Shown in pieces: positions 38,040-46,939 of a stretch of 64,000 nucleotides of DNA. The notes beneath the pieces are model-generated. The model had not been told where the DNA came from and made no database searches. It saw only the letters and a list, made by a program, of their open reading frames with translations. Origin of the DNA: Patescibacteria group bacterium (GTDB taxonomy: Bacteria > Patescibacteriota > Saccharimonadia > UBA4664 > SCTI01); the NCBI GenBank assembly GCA_004297735.1, contig SCTI01000002.1, positions 128,160-192,159 of the forward strand, given 5' to 3'. The first letter of the stretch is position 1, and each line of letters begins with the position of its first letter. Both the position numbers and the translations under genes were made by a program.

Positions 38040-39323
38040 ATGAACATTGGCCTATTTAGCGACTCCTACCTTCCCAGCCTCGATGGCATCAGCTATTCGA
38101 TCGAGGCTTTTAGGGTTGAACTAGAAAAGCGCGGTCACACCGTTACCGTGTTCGCGCCGTCACCGAGCATTCGCTATAAAGAAAAGTCGCCCAACATTGT
38201 GCGATTCCCGGCAGTAAAGGGCCTGTTTTATGATGACTATCTGACCAGCATGTTCTTCCCGCCCGAAGCTTTACTGCGGATTAAACGTAAAAAGTTGGAT
38301 ATCGTCCACTTTCATACCCCTAGCCAAATTGGCCTGCTGGGCGCCTACTACGCCCTCCGTAGCCATACCCCGCTCATTAGCACCTACCACACCGATCTGT
38401 ACGAGTATGTTAGCCACTACCCCCAGGTGCTACCTGGCACCATCGCCCTGTCGCTAATGTCGCCCATGATTACCGGCGGAGGCCTGAGCGACTTCCGCAA
38501 GGCCATAAGCAGCATTAAGCCAGAACGCAACATTGATAAATGGAATAAGAAGATTGTTATGCGCGGCATTACTGCGCTGCATAACCGCTGCGACTACGTG
38601 ATAGCGCCGTCGCGTAAGATTCGCACCCAGCTCGAAGGCTGGGGCACCACCGCCCCAATTCGAATTCTACCGAGTGGCGTCGACCCAATCCCCACCACCG
38701 CACGCGCCACCAGCCTGTTCCGCAGTAAGTGGGGGCTCAACCCGGATCAGCCGGTTATCTTGTTTGTCGGGCGGCTGGGTAAAGAAAAAAACATTGAGCT
38801 GTTAATCGAAGCCTACGGGCAGGTCCGCAAGCAGCTACCAGAAGCAAAGCTGGTGATTGTGGGGCGACATGAACACCAAAAGGCGCTTCAAGCCTATTCC
38901 ACCAAACACAATCTAGATGATGGCGTTATCTTTACCGGCCATATTGAGCATGATCGCCTGGGAGCGGCCTACGCTAGTGCCAACGTGTTTGCCTTTCCGT
39001 CACGCACCGATACCCAAGGCTTGGTGCTGCACGAAGCCGCTAATGCCGGCTTGCCAATCGTCATGATCGACAAGGAGATAACCGAGGTGGTCCACGACAA
39101 GCAGAATGGCCTGTTTGCCCGAAATTCGGCCGGTGATATGGCGCGAAAGCTGTTAATCATTCTTAAAGACTCGGAGAAGCAGCAGCGATATGGTGCGGCC
39201 AGTCGCCAATTCGCCGCCGAATACTCCGCCTCCCACCAGGCCAAACTATTAGAAGAGCTATATCAAAAGACCATCACCAGCCATCGACGTGCTGCCGAGA
39301 TGCCGCCAGCCGTTAAGCCTTGA
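38040..39323 (+). CDS. Glycosyltransferase family 4 (glycolipid synthase-like)
   Basis: MNIGLFSDSYLPSLDG, STYHT, FVGRLGKEKN, FPSRTDTQGLVLHEA. Confidence 0.92.
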   Translation: MNIGLFSDSYLPSLDGISYSIEAFRVELEKRGHTVTVFAPSPSIRYKEKSPNIVRFPAVKGLFYDDYLTSMFFPPEALLRIKRKKLDIVHFHTPSQIGLLGAYYALRSHTPLISTYHTDLYEYVSHYPQVLPGTIALSLMSPMITGGGLSDFRKAISSIKPERNIDKWNKKIVMRGITALHNRCDYVIAPSRKIRTQLEGWGTTAPIRILPSGVDPIPTTARATSLFRSKWGLNPDQPVILFVGRLGKEKNIELLIEAYGQVRKQLPEAKLVIVGRHEHQKALQAYSTKHNLDDGVIFTGHIEHDRLGAAYASANVFAFPSRTDTQGLVLHEAANAGLPIVMIDKEITEVVHDKQNGLFARNSAGDMARKLLIILKDSEKQQRYGAASRQFAAEYSASHQAKLLEELYQKTITSHRRAAEMPPAVKP

Positions 39324-39342
39324 CCTTATAATTGCAACTGCC

Positions 39343-39376
39343 AAAAAGAAAAACCTCCAGTCGAGGTGACTAGAGG
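39343..39376 (-). terminator. Intrinsic terminator closing the 705-nt RNA
   Basis: Minus strand CCTCTAGTC-ACCTC-GACTGGAGG-TTTTTCTTTTT. Confidence 0.85.
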
Positions 39377-40047
39377 CGGATGGAGATCTCCACCCAGAGC
39401 GCTAGGCGTTGAACAGCCATTTTGGCAACTCTGGGTGGAGACCATGCTCCTGCTCGTACGGTCCAGACCTCCCATGTCTGGCGCGGTCGCTAGGGTCAAG
39501 CGGCAGCGACGGTACGGAACAAGATTTTCGAGCCAAGCGTCACAAATTGCCATGGAGAAGCAAGTGACAGCCGGGGCGCGAGCCTCTTGGTAGAGTGCTA
39601 TGCCCCAATATATGAGCCTATGAGCTCAGCTCGAAACTTGGTCGACTTCCTACCCCGCACCTAATAGAGCGCGGGTTTGCCCGTTCAATACGGGGCAGGA
39701 AGACGATTTGAAGGTGCTACACGCAGTTTAAGATCAAGGTGTACCGGGAGCAAACGCCCAAGAGCGTCGCTCCCGGCTTACCCTTGATGTTCAGGTGAAT
39801 GGTCCCCTGCGCGTGAGAACCACACCTGATTCCTGCTTCAGAGCTATCCGCTACCGGGCCCCGGTCAGGGGGTAACGGACGGCTCTGAAGTGTTGACCGG
39901 GGCCCTGCCTCGGTCGCCGTCTAGCGAGACGAGACAGGGCCACCGGTGATGGTGCTGAGGTGATGGGTCACTACGTCGCCATCTCCCCTCCTGTCTGTCG
40001 TTGACGTGAGTCCTGACGGGTGCGGCAGGGCCTTCAGTCGTCAGAAC
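39343..40047 (-). ncRNA. Candidate ~705-nt highly structured ncRNA, family not recognised
   Basis: Promoter and terminator bracket about ten consecutive stem-loop or multibranch domains; no credible protein ORF. Confidence 0.75.
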
Positions 40048-40053
40048 GGTAAA

Positions 40054-40084
40054 ATCATAGCACTAAGTTGACATTCGGTCAACT
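40054..40084 (-). promoter_or_regulatory. Sigma70-type promoter with overlapping palindromic operator candidate
   Basis: TTGACC-17 nt-TATGAT with extended TG; AGTTGAC-ATTCG-GTCAACT at 40066-40084. Confidence 0.75.
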
Positions 40085-40098
40085 GTCAATATTGATAA

Positions 40099-40893
40099 TT
40101 ACTTCGAGTGAGTAGGTTTATTATTGGCTGCTTCCCAGGCGAGCTCAAAGAGAGTTACCCAGGACCGGGCTAGCTCCTCACTCTTAATCACAACCCCTAT
40201 TGGCTGCGAACCAACCAGCGACACCATAGCAACTCGATCACCGACAATTGCCATATCCCCATTAATTGGGTACTTTTTGGGGTCAACATATCTGGATTGG
40301 CGTAACTTTTGATCATCTTTTGAGGCCATAATGGGGCCCTTAACACTTGTGTAGATGATTTTGCTTTTAATTCCGGCCGATACCCTATCGGGATTTGACT
40401 CCGACTCGGCAACCTCTGGGAACATCGCATACAGCTGGTCAAGATTACTGATACCATAGATCTGCTCAATCCCCTCCTCTTTACTTTCAGCAATAAAGCT
40501 CCTTACCACGGTCTGGATGCCTTCAGCTCCCTCGTAAAACTTAACGCTAGGTGATTCTTTTGACATTGACTGCAGCGACCCCAGCTGTGGTAGCAGCTCA
40601 TCTAGCTGGGCCTTTTGATCCTTAATGGCCTGCTCTTTTTTATCGAGCAAGCGCCGGAGGTTTTCGGGCGACTCGGCGTTAAATAAGGTCTTTTTGGCCT
40701 TGCTGGTCTGGCTGACTAACCCCAAGCCAACTAGAGATTCCAAGATAACGTAGGTGGTGACTCGCTTAATACCGCTAGCATCGGCAATCTGCTGCACGCC
40801 GGCCGGACCCAACATTAAGTTAGCCACATAGACCCTGGCCTCCTTATTACTGAGGCCTAAATCTTCAACTTGACTGATTAATTGCTCGTCCAT
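40099..40893 (-). CDS. TrmB-family transcriptional regulator (wHTH plus effector domain)
   Basis: LGLSNKEARVY...IKRVTTYVILESLVGLGLV...SVKFYEGAEGI...LFELAWE; leaderless ATG after TTTACA-17-TATATT. Confidence 0.88.
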   Translation of the reverse strand: MDEQLISQVEDLGLSNKEARVYVANLMLGPAGVQQIADASGIKRVTTYVILESLVGLGLVSQTSKAKKTLFNAESPENLRRLLDKKEQAIKDQKAQLDELLPQLGSLQSMSKESPSVKFYEGAEGIQTVVRSFIAESKEEGIEQIYGISNLDQLYAMFPEVAESESNPDRVSAGIKSKIIYTSVKGPIMASKDDQKLRQSRYVDPKKYPINGDMAIVGDRVAMVSLVGSQPIGVVIKSEELARSWVTLFELAWEAANNKPTHSK

Positions 40894-41021
40894 TTGACTC
40901 AATATATCAAATCAAATTAGTTTTGTAAATATTAATTGACAACACTAATTTAATGAAATGTTAATTAAATTTTTGACGATTAACTAAGGCGCGCATATGA
41001 TGCTCTCAAACAGGGGGAATT

Positions 41022-42515
41022 ATGCTGGCAAGAGTGCAGGCACCGGCTCAAATGGGGCTGGAGGGACAGTTGGTCGAAATTGAATGCGACATGAGCAATG
41101 GCCTACCCGGCTTGGTGGTGGTCGGCTTAGGCAATAAGGCGGTCGAAGAGGCCCGCGAGCGCGTGCGCGGGGCAATTAAAAATAGTGGCCTGATGCTTCC
41201 GCCAAAGCGAATCACCCTCAACCTTGCCCCAGCCGATATACCCAAAGATGGAACTGGCTTTGATTTAGGTATGGCGATTGCGGTCCTAATTGCCAGCGAG
41301 CAGCTGCCAGAGGTAGCCAGTAGTCTTTTTATTGGCGAACTGGCGCTGAACGGTAGCGTCAGAGCTACCGCCGGGGTGGTAAGCGCCGCACACCTGGCAG
41401 GAAGGCTTGGCATTGACCGACTGTATGTACCGAGCGGCCAGGAACAGGGTCTACAGCGTTTTAATTCAACTCGCGTTATTCCAGTTAAGAGCTTGGCTCA
41501 GCTGGCGGAGCACCTACGTGGCGCGAAGCCAATCCGGACTCGAGTAAAACGCTCCTCCCCTCCTCTGCCGATCAAGCCCGAGGTTGATTTTGCCGACATC
41601 TACGGCCAGGAGGAGGCCAAGCGAGCCATGTTGATTGCCGCCAGCGGACGACACAATATACTGCTGGTTGGCCCGCCTGGGGTTGGCAAGACCATGCTGG
41701 CCAAAGCGGCGGCCGGGATTATGCCACCGCTCAGCGCCGAGCAGCAGATGGAGGTGGCGCGACTACACGAGGCGCGAGGGCTAAGTCGACCGGTAAACGC
41801 CACCGATCGTCCATTTAGATCGCCGCACCACAGCACCAGCGTTACCGCCCTGATTGGCGGTGGCCGCCACCCCACCCCTGGAGAGATCAGCTTAAGCCAC
41901 CACGGAGTACTGTTTTTAGACGAGCTACCGGAGTTTCAACGGCCGGTGCTCGAAGCCTTGCGCCAGCCGCTCGAAGATGGGCGCATCACCATTGGTCGAG
42001 CCGCCGGTAGCGCCACCTTCCCGGCTCGGTTCATGCTGATTGCCGCTCAAAACCCTTGCCCCTGCGGCTACCGCGGCGACCCCGAACGGCGGTGCAGCTG
42101 CCCGGCCCACCAGATACAGCGCTACCGCAAGCAGATCTCCGGTCCGCTACTGGAGCGAATCGACATGATGGTGTCGGTTAAGCGAGCAAAATTGGACCAA
42201 GTTAATCGATCCACCACTACCAGTCAGCAGCTACAAGCCAAGGTCAACCAAGTGTCGTTGTTGCAGAAACAACGATTCAAGGATGATTCCCTCACCAACG
42301 CCAATCTCGCTGGGCAGGGACTGCAGCAGCACTGTCGATTAGACTCAGGCGGCCAACAGCTCATTAGCCAAGCGCTGGCCGCGTTCCACCTCTCGACCCG
42401 AACCCATGTCCGCATACTTCGAGTGGCCCGGACCATTGCCGACCTTGATCAATCAAAAACAATTACCAGCCAACACCTAGCCGAAGCGATACGCTATCGG
42501 GCTACAACTGAATAA
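41022..42515 (+). CDS. YifB/ComM Mg-chelatase-like AAA+ ATPase
   Basis: ITLNLAPAD, GPPGVGKTM, RPFRSPHHS, PGEISLSHHGVLFLDE, NPCPCG, SGPLLERID. Confidence 0.93.
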   Translation: MLARVQAPAQMGLEGQLVEIECDMSNGLPGLVVVGLGNKAVEEARERVRGAIKNSGLMLPPKRITLNLAPADIPKDGTGFDLGMAIAVLIASEQLPEVASSLFIGELALNGSVRATAGVVSAAHLAGRLGIDRLYVPSGQEQGLQRFNSTRVIPVKSLAQLAEHLRGAKPIRTRVKRSSPPLPIKPEVDFADIYGQEEAKRAMLIAASGRHNILLVGPPGVGKTMLAKAAAGIMPPLSAEQQMEVARLHEARGLSRPVNATDRPFRSPHHSTSVTALIGGGRHPTPGEISLSHHGVLFLDELPEFQRPVLEALRQPLEDGRITIGRAAGSATFPARFMLIAAQNPCPCGYRGDPERRCSCPAHQIQRYRKQISGPLLERIDMMVSVKRAKLDQVNRSTTTSQQLQAKVNQVSLLQKQRFKDDSLTNANLAGQGLQQHCRLDSGGQQLISQALAAFHLSTRTHVRILRVARTIADLDQSKTITSQHLAEAIRYRATTE

Positions 42516-42816
42516 GGTTATAAACCTGGTCCCCGAGCGAGGTTGAGCTAAGCAGCCACCACAGCAACAACTCGGTGCCGATACAGCCAACCGCTAGCAG
42601 CGTAATCTGTCGGACATCGCGGCGGACGTAGCCCCATTCATCGGTGACCACCGCTGCGCCAGCGCCGGCAGAGTCAGACTTAGTCGCCTTAGCGGTGGCA
42701 GGCGCCTTGGCTGAGGCTACAGCTGTATTTGCGGCCAGATTAGGTTTAGCCGCTACCGATTGCTGCGAGGTGCGAATCACCCGCTTCTTTTTACTGCGAG
42801 ACTTCTTTTTAGACAT
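42502..42816 (-). CDS. Small membrane protein with basic N-terminus
   Basis: Leaderless-type -10 before ATG; YVRRDVR followed by a TM helix. Confidence 0.65.
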   Translation of the reverse strand: MSKKKSRSKKKRVIRTSQQSVAAKPNLAANTAVASAKAPATAKATKSDSAGAGAAVVTDEWGYVRRDVRQITLLAVGCIGTELLLWWLLSSTSLGDQVYNLIQL

Positions 42817-42900
42817 GCTTTTATGCTACCACAGCTCCCCGGCTGGTTGCAGGGGCTCATCAGCCAGCTTATACTTGGTAGCAGTAAAGAATGTGGTGAA

Positions 42901-43365
42901 ATGAACACGGTATGGTTGGTGCTTATTTTAATAGCTCTGGTATTGTCGGCGGTCAGCCTGTGGCTAGCCATCCGCTTACAACGGCGATTCCACAGCTCCC
43001 TGGCCGGTAGCGACGGCGATAGCCTGGAGCAGTCGCTATCGACCTACCACAAACAGGTTGAGGCGGTGGCGGGCCACCTCGATAAACTAGATGATGCCTA
43101 CGAGCGGTTGGCCGCCACCGGCAGTCTGGCCTCCCAAAAGATCTCGATTGTCCGATTCAATCCGTTTGGTGATACCGGCGGCGATCAGAGCTTCGTGCTC
43201 GCCGTGCTTGACGCCCACGACTCCGGTTATGTGCTCACCAGTATTCACGGACGTGAGGGTACCCGGGTTTACGTAAAACCGGTAGACTATAATAAAAGCA
43301 AGTATCCGCTTTCGGATGAGGAAAAACAGGCGCTCAAGCAAGCCTCACGGCGAGTGCCCAAGTAG
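42901..43365 (+). CDS. DUF4446-like membrane-anchored protein
   Basis: TM helix followed by QKISIVRFNPFGDTGGDQSF...SIHGREGTRVYVK...LSDEE. Confidence 0.85.
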   Translation: MNTVWLVLILIALVLSAVSLWLAIRLQRRFHSSLAGSDGDSLEQSLSTYHKQVEAVAGHLDKLDDAYERLAATGSLASQKISIVRFNPFGDTGGDQSFVLAVLDAHDSGYVLTSIHGREGTRVYVKPVDYNKSKYPLSDEEKQALKQASRRVPK

Positions 43366-43386
43366 TTTCAAGCATAAAGGAGTAGT

Positions 43387-43782
43387 ATGGCTAAAAAGAA
43401 CGACATGTTTGGAGTATCAGGAACCGACACCATTATCGGTTCAAGCGTTAAGCTCAAGGGCAACCTAGCCAGCGAGACCGACATCACCATTGATGGCACC
43501 CTAACCGGCAACATTAAGTGCGGCGGCCACCTAACGATTGGCGTTAACGCCCACATCGTTGGTAATCTGTCGGCTACCAGTGTGGCGATCGCTGGCCAGG
43601 TTGACGGCAACGTCATTGCGGTCGATAGCGCCTCGGTGCTCGAAACCGGCCAGGTGCACGGCGACATCGCTTGCTCTCGGATTGAGATCGCCATGGGCGG
43701 TGTCTTTGTCGGTGTGAGCAAGATGAAGCCGCTTAAGGCCACCGAGATTGAGTCGTATGATGAAGCAGGATCAAATAGCTAG
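43387..43782 (+). CDS. Bactofilin (polymer-forming cytoskeletal protein)
   Basis: TIIG...LKGNL...IDGTLTGNI...LTIG...GQVDGNV...VHGDI beta-helix repeats; AAGGAG SD. Confidence 0.92.
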   Translation: MAKKNDMFGVSGTDTIIGSSVKLKGNLASETDITIDGTLTGNIKCGGHLTIGVNAHIVGNLSATSVAIAGQVDGNVIAVDSASVLETGQVHGDIACSRIEIAMGGVFVGVSKMKPLKATEIESYDEAGSNS

Positions 43783-43785
43783 AGT

Positions 43786-44658
43786 ATGTATTACTACATC
43801 CTTAACCCGATAGCCGGCAAAGGGGCGGTTTCGACGCTACAAGACAAGCTGCGAATGCGACTGCGTGAGCTGGGCATCGACGGCGAGTTTGCTAAAACCA
43901 CCGGACCTGGCGATGCCACCAAGATGGCTAAAACCGCCATCGAAAAAGGTCACACCACCATCGTGGTGGTAGGTGGCGACGGTACCGTCAACGAGGTGGT
44001 TAACGGTATAACCAAGGAGAACGTAGCGGTTGGCATTATACCGACCGGCAATTCAAACATCCTGGCGCACCGCCTGGGTATCACCAGCTGGCAACAAGCC
44101 TGCGAGGTACTGGCGGCTCGTCGGCTAACCAGCTACGGCTTGATTGCAGCCGGCCAAAAATACTTTTTATCCACCCTTACCCTAGGGTTCGAAACCGATC
44201 TCGACAAACAGGTTGAAACCGCTCCCGACACCAGTTTGCGCGGCCGAATGGGCCAGTTTGCCCAGGGCTGGGGCCACGCTCGCAACTATGAGTCGCTGGA
44301 GTGCCGCATCTTAATTGACGACAATCTGGAGTTAACCGCCCCCCTGTTTAGCCTGAGTATCACCAACCAAAAGTTTGATAACCCGCTTGCCCCCAACAAG
44401 CTCCTGGTAACTTTGGTGGACACCCCAAATCGCCGACAGCTCACCTCTTACCTGTGGAGCGTGCTTAAAAAGGATGATGTCGAAGATGGCGTCAGTCGCT
44501 TTGGTGCCAAGCGTGTTGTAATTGAAACAACCCCTCCAACCGGTATCATGATTGATGGTAAGTTGAGCGGCCGCACCCCTATTGCAATCCGCTTAACCAA
44601 CAAGCAAATTAGGTTTATTACCGAGAAGCAGTTCTCTACCTTCAAGCCTGAAGATTAA
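43786..44658 (+). CDS. Diacylglycerol/lipid kinase family protein
   Basis: ILNPIAGKG, VVGGDGTVNEVVNG, GIIPTGNSN. Confidence 0.9.
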   Translation: MYYYILNPIAGKGAVSTLQDKLRMRLRELGIDGEFAKTTGPGDATKMAKTAIEKGHTTIVVVGGDGTVNEVVNGITKENVAVGIIPTGNSNILAHRLGITSWQQACEVLAARRLTSYGLIAAGQKYFLSTLTLGFETDLDKQVETAPDTSLRGRMGQFAQGWGHARNYESLECRILIDDNLELTAPLFSLSITNQKFDNPLAPNKLLVTLVDTPNRRQLTSYLWSVLKKDDVEDGVSRFGAKRVVIETTPPTGIMIDGKLSGRTPIAIRLTNKQIRFITEKQFSTFKPED

Positions 44659-44712
44659 ATTTTTATTAAATAATTCCGGTTCGGACCCCGCCGTATGGGT
44701 AACGGCAGGATC

Positions 44713-45189
44713 CTAGGTGGCCACTAGAGGCCTGGTTCGATCAAGGCTAGGATCGGTGTCTTCTTCTTCGTCGTCGGGTGGCTCCAGAACATACCCAACA
44801 ATCTGTCCCCGATCCCTCAGCTCGCCAGACTCAAGGAGCTGGAAGGCAATCCAGAAGTATTCATCGGCCTCCGCCCAGATATGCCCAACAACATCATCGT
44901 GAACCGCATTGAGCCTGATGTTGTAAACCTTAAATACACCCTGAGCAGGAGCTGGCCTTAGGAGCAGTTCGTAAACCTTCGCGTGGCAACCTAAAATACT
45001 GATGTCCGCTGTGGCTACCAGACGAATTAGGTAGGAACGCTCGATCTTGACCTGATTCCCTGGAATGCAGTCCTCAAGCCCCTCAAAGTACTCCTGTGGT
45101 GTAATCGGCTCAAGCACGCCGACACTCTCGCCTGCGCCGCCACCGTCGGCTGAACCACGTCGGCCAACGGGCGCCAACCGGATAGCCAA
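44713..45189 (-). CDS. Hypothetical protein (start uncertain, overlaps upstream ORF)
   Basis: 158-aa ORF, GGAGG next to TTG, downstream hairpin. Confidence 0.5.
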   Translation of the reverse strand: MAIRLAPVGRRGSADGGGAGESVGVLEPITPQEYFEGLEDCIPGNQVKIERSYLIRLVATADISILGCHAKVYELLLRPAPAQGVFKVYNIRLNAVHDDVVGHIWAEADEYFWIAFQLLESGELRDRGQIVGYVLEPPDDEEEDTDPSLDRTRPLVAT

Positions 45190-45526
45190 CCTCCATCTGG
45201 CCGCCTGGCGTCAGAAGGACGTTGTGGTCGCCCAGCATTAGCTCGAACTCAACCTCATGACCCGCAATCACGCCCTTGAAGCGAAGCTTCGTGGCGGGCT
45301 GACTGGGCCTGTCGTCGATGCTATCCAGGATGAACCACGCCTCGACGGGACCGGTAAACCCAAGCAGCAGACTCAGAGTACGGTCGATGCCGCCCAGCTT
45401 AACTTTCACCAAGGTGGGATCTAGCCACAGCTGGTAGAGGCGGTTGGACTTCAGCGATTCGGCCCATAGCCTACTATCCATCTTGCCACTACTGAACTCC
45501 TGGGGCGTCAACGTAAAGACAGCCAT
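45110..45526 (-). CDS. Hypothetical protein (ORFan cassette)
   Basis: TTGAAA-17-GATAAT promoter, GGAG SD before ATG 45526. Confidence 0.55.
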   Translation of the reverse strand: MAVFTLTPQEFSSGKMDSRLWAESLKSNRLYQLWLDPTLVKVKLGGIDRTLSLLLGFTGPVEAWFILDSIDDRPSQPATKLRFKGVIAGHEVEFELMLGDHNVLLTPGGQMEVGYPVGARWPTWFSRRWRRRRECRRA

Positions 45527-45663
45527 CACAGCTCCAAACGTTTGATTATAGGGCAAGCGTTATTATCCTCTTGCTTGTGGTTTTTTTCAACCTGAAACCC
45601 TGTTGACCACCAGGTGTAAATCTGCTATTATTGGCTGCGAAGCTTTCTTAAAGGAGAACTGTA

Positions 45664-46260
45664 ATCGCCCAACGAACCCGCCTAAACCAAGATATCACCG
45701 CACCTCAAGTGCGATTGATTGGTGCAGCTGGCGAACAGGTTGGAGTGGTTTCGATTGCAGAAGCGTTAGAGCAAGCCAGCCAGGCCAATCAGGATCTGGT
45801 TGAGATTGCCCCTAACGCCAGCCCTCCGGTGGTGAAGATTTTGGACTGGGGTAAGTATCGCTACGAACAGACCAAACAGGACCAAAAGAACAAGCGTAAC
45901 CAGCGTAACCAAGAGGTTAAGCAGGTTCGCCTGAGCCTAAAGATTGGTCAACACGATCTTGAGGTGAAGTCTAGGAAAGCTCGGCAGTTTCTCGTTAATG
46001 GCAACAAGGTTAAGGTCAGCCTGCGTTTTCGCGGCCGTGAGGTTACTCACCCCGATCTCGGTAAGGCAGTGATTTACCGCTTTGTTGAAACCATTGAGGA
46101 CGTTTCGGTGGTCGAACAAGAGCCACAACTATCCGGTCGAGAAATGACCATGCTATTAGGAATTAAGAAAGAGTCACCAAGCAATGCCAAAGATGAAAAC
46201 GCACAAGGGAATGGCCAAGCGGATCAAGCTGAGCGGCAGCGGCAAGATGCTGCGGCGTAA
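45664..46260 (+). CDS. infC: Translation initiation factor IF-3 (non-canonical ATC start)
   Basis: AAGGAG-7 nt-ATC in frame, TRLNQDI...VRLI, DLVEIAPNASPPVVKILDWGKYRYE, KVKVSLRFRGRE. Confidence 0.95.
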   Translation: MAQRTRLNQDITAPQVRLIGAAGEQVGVVSIAEALEQASQANQDLVEIAPNASPPVVKILDWGKYRYEQTKQDQKNKRNQRNQEVKQVRLSLKIGQHDLEVKSRKARQFLVNGNKVKVSLRFRGREVTHPDLGKAVIYRFVETIEDVSVVEQEPQLSGREMTMLLGIKKESPSNAKDENAQGNGQADQAERQRQDAAA

Positions 46261-46384
46261 AGCCTATCGCAGCCACCTTTTGGCCCACAAGCAAGCCAAG
46301 ACCAAGCGAACTTACGTTAAGGAGTTCGAGGTTTCAGCTGGTGACGCCAGTAATATTAAAAAGATGTTGGCCGGCTACCGCTAA
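46184..46384 (+). CDS. rpmI: 50S ribosomal protein L35
   Basis: MPKMKTHKGMAKRIK...HLLAHK. Confidence 0.96.
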   Translation: MPKMKTHKGMAKRIKLSGSGKMLRRKAYRSHLLAHKQAKTKRTYVKEFEVSAGDASNIKKMLAGYR

Positions 46385-46412
46385 GCCGATCTAGATAGGT
46401 TCAGGAGAGATA

Positions 46413-46763
46413 ATGAGAGTTAAACGCGGAGTTACCACTCACGCCAAGCACAAAAAGCTACGACAGCAGACCAAGGGCATGAGCCACATGCGCCGCGCCA
46501 GTGTGCGCCAGGCTCGCCAGGCGGTACTAAAGGCGCTGTCTTACGCCTACCGCGACCGTCGCAACAAGAAGCGTGATCTGCGCCAGCTCTGGATTGTGCG
46601 CATTAACGCCGGGTTAAATGCTCATAATATTTCGTACAGCCGGTTTATTAACCAGCTAAAGAAGGCCAACATTGAGCTGGATCGTAAGATCCTGGCAGAG
46701 CTGGCCGCCCGCCAGCCGGCTGCCTTTGGCGCCGTGGTTGAGGCCGCTAAGAAGGCTAAGTAA
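46413..46763 (+). CDS. rplT: 50S ribosomal protein L20
   Basis: MRVKRG...[23 protein letters not shown]...[10 protein letters not shown]. Confidence 0.97.
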   Translation: MRVKRGVTTHAKHKKLRQQTKGMSHMRRASVRQARQAVLKALSYAYRDRRNKKRDLRQLWIVRINAGLNAHNISYSRFINQLKKANIELDRKILAELAARQPAAFGAVVEAAKKAK

Positions 46764-46808
46764 TTTTTTAGCCCTTTTACCTCGCCGAGCTCTAGCCAAA
46801 CTACTACG

Positions 46809-46863
46809 AAAAACACTCTAATTTAGTAGGTAAATTTTTTTACTACCTAAATTAGAGTGTTTT
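46809..46863. repeat. AT-rich palindrome, copy 2
   Basis: AAAACACTCTAATTTAG...CTAAATTAGAGTGTTTT. Confidence 0.8.
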
Positions 46864-46939
46864 GCTGTTACTTAAGGTCTGCGAGAACTGCTTCGGCTCA
46901 GTCATAATTTATTTATTATCTAAATATTTGAAAATTTAA

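Noticed and set aside
39326-39593. Two 75-aa ORFs over the 3' part of the large RNA
   Set aside because: No protein-like features; the minus-strand one runs through the terminator and the plus-strand one has no evident promoter.
39400-40047. Group I or group II intron, or retron/DGR RNA, as identity of the large RNA
   Set aside because: No interrupted host gene, no complete domain V or P7 motif found by eye, and no reverse transcriptase in the window; not formally excluded without a covariance-model search.
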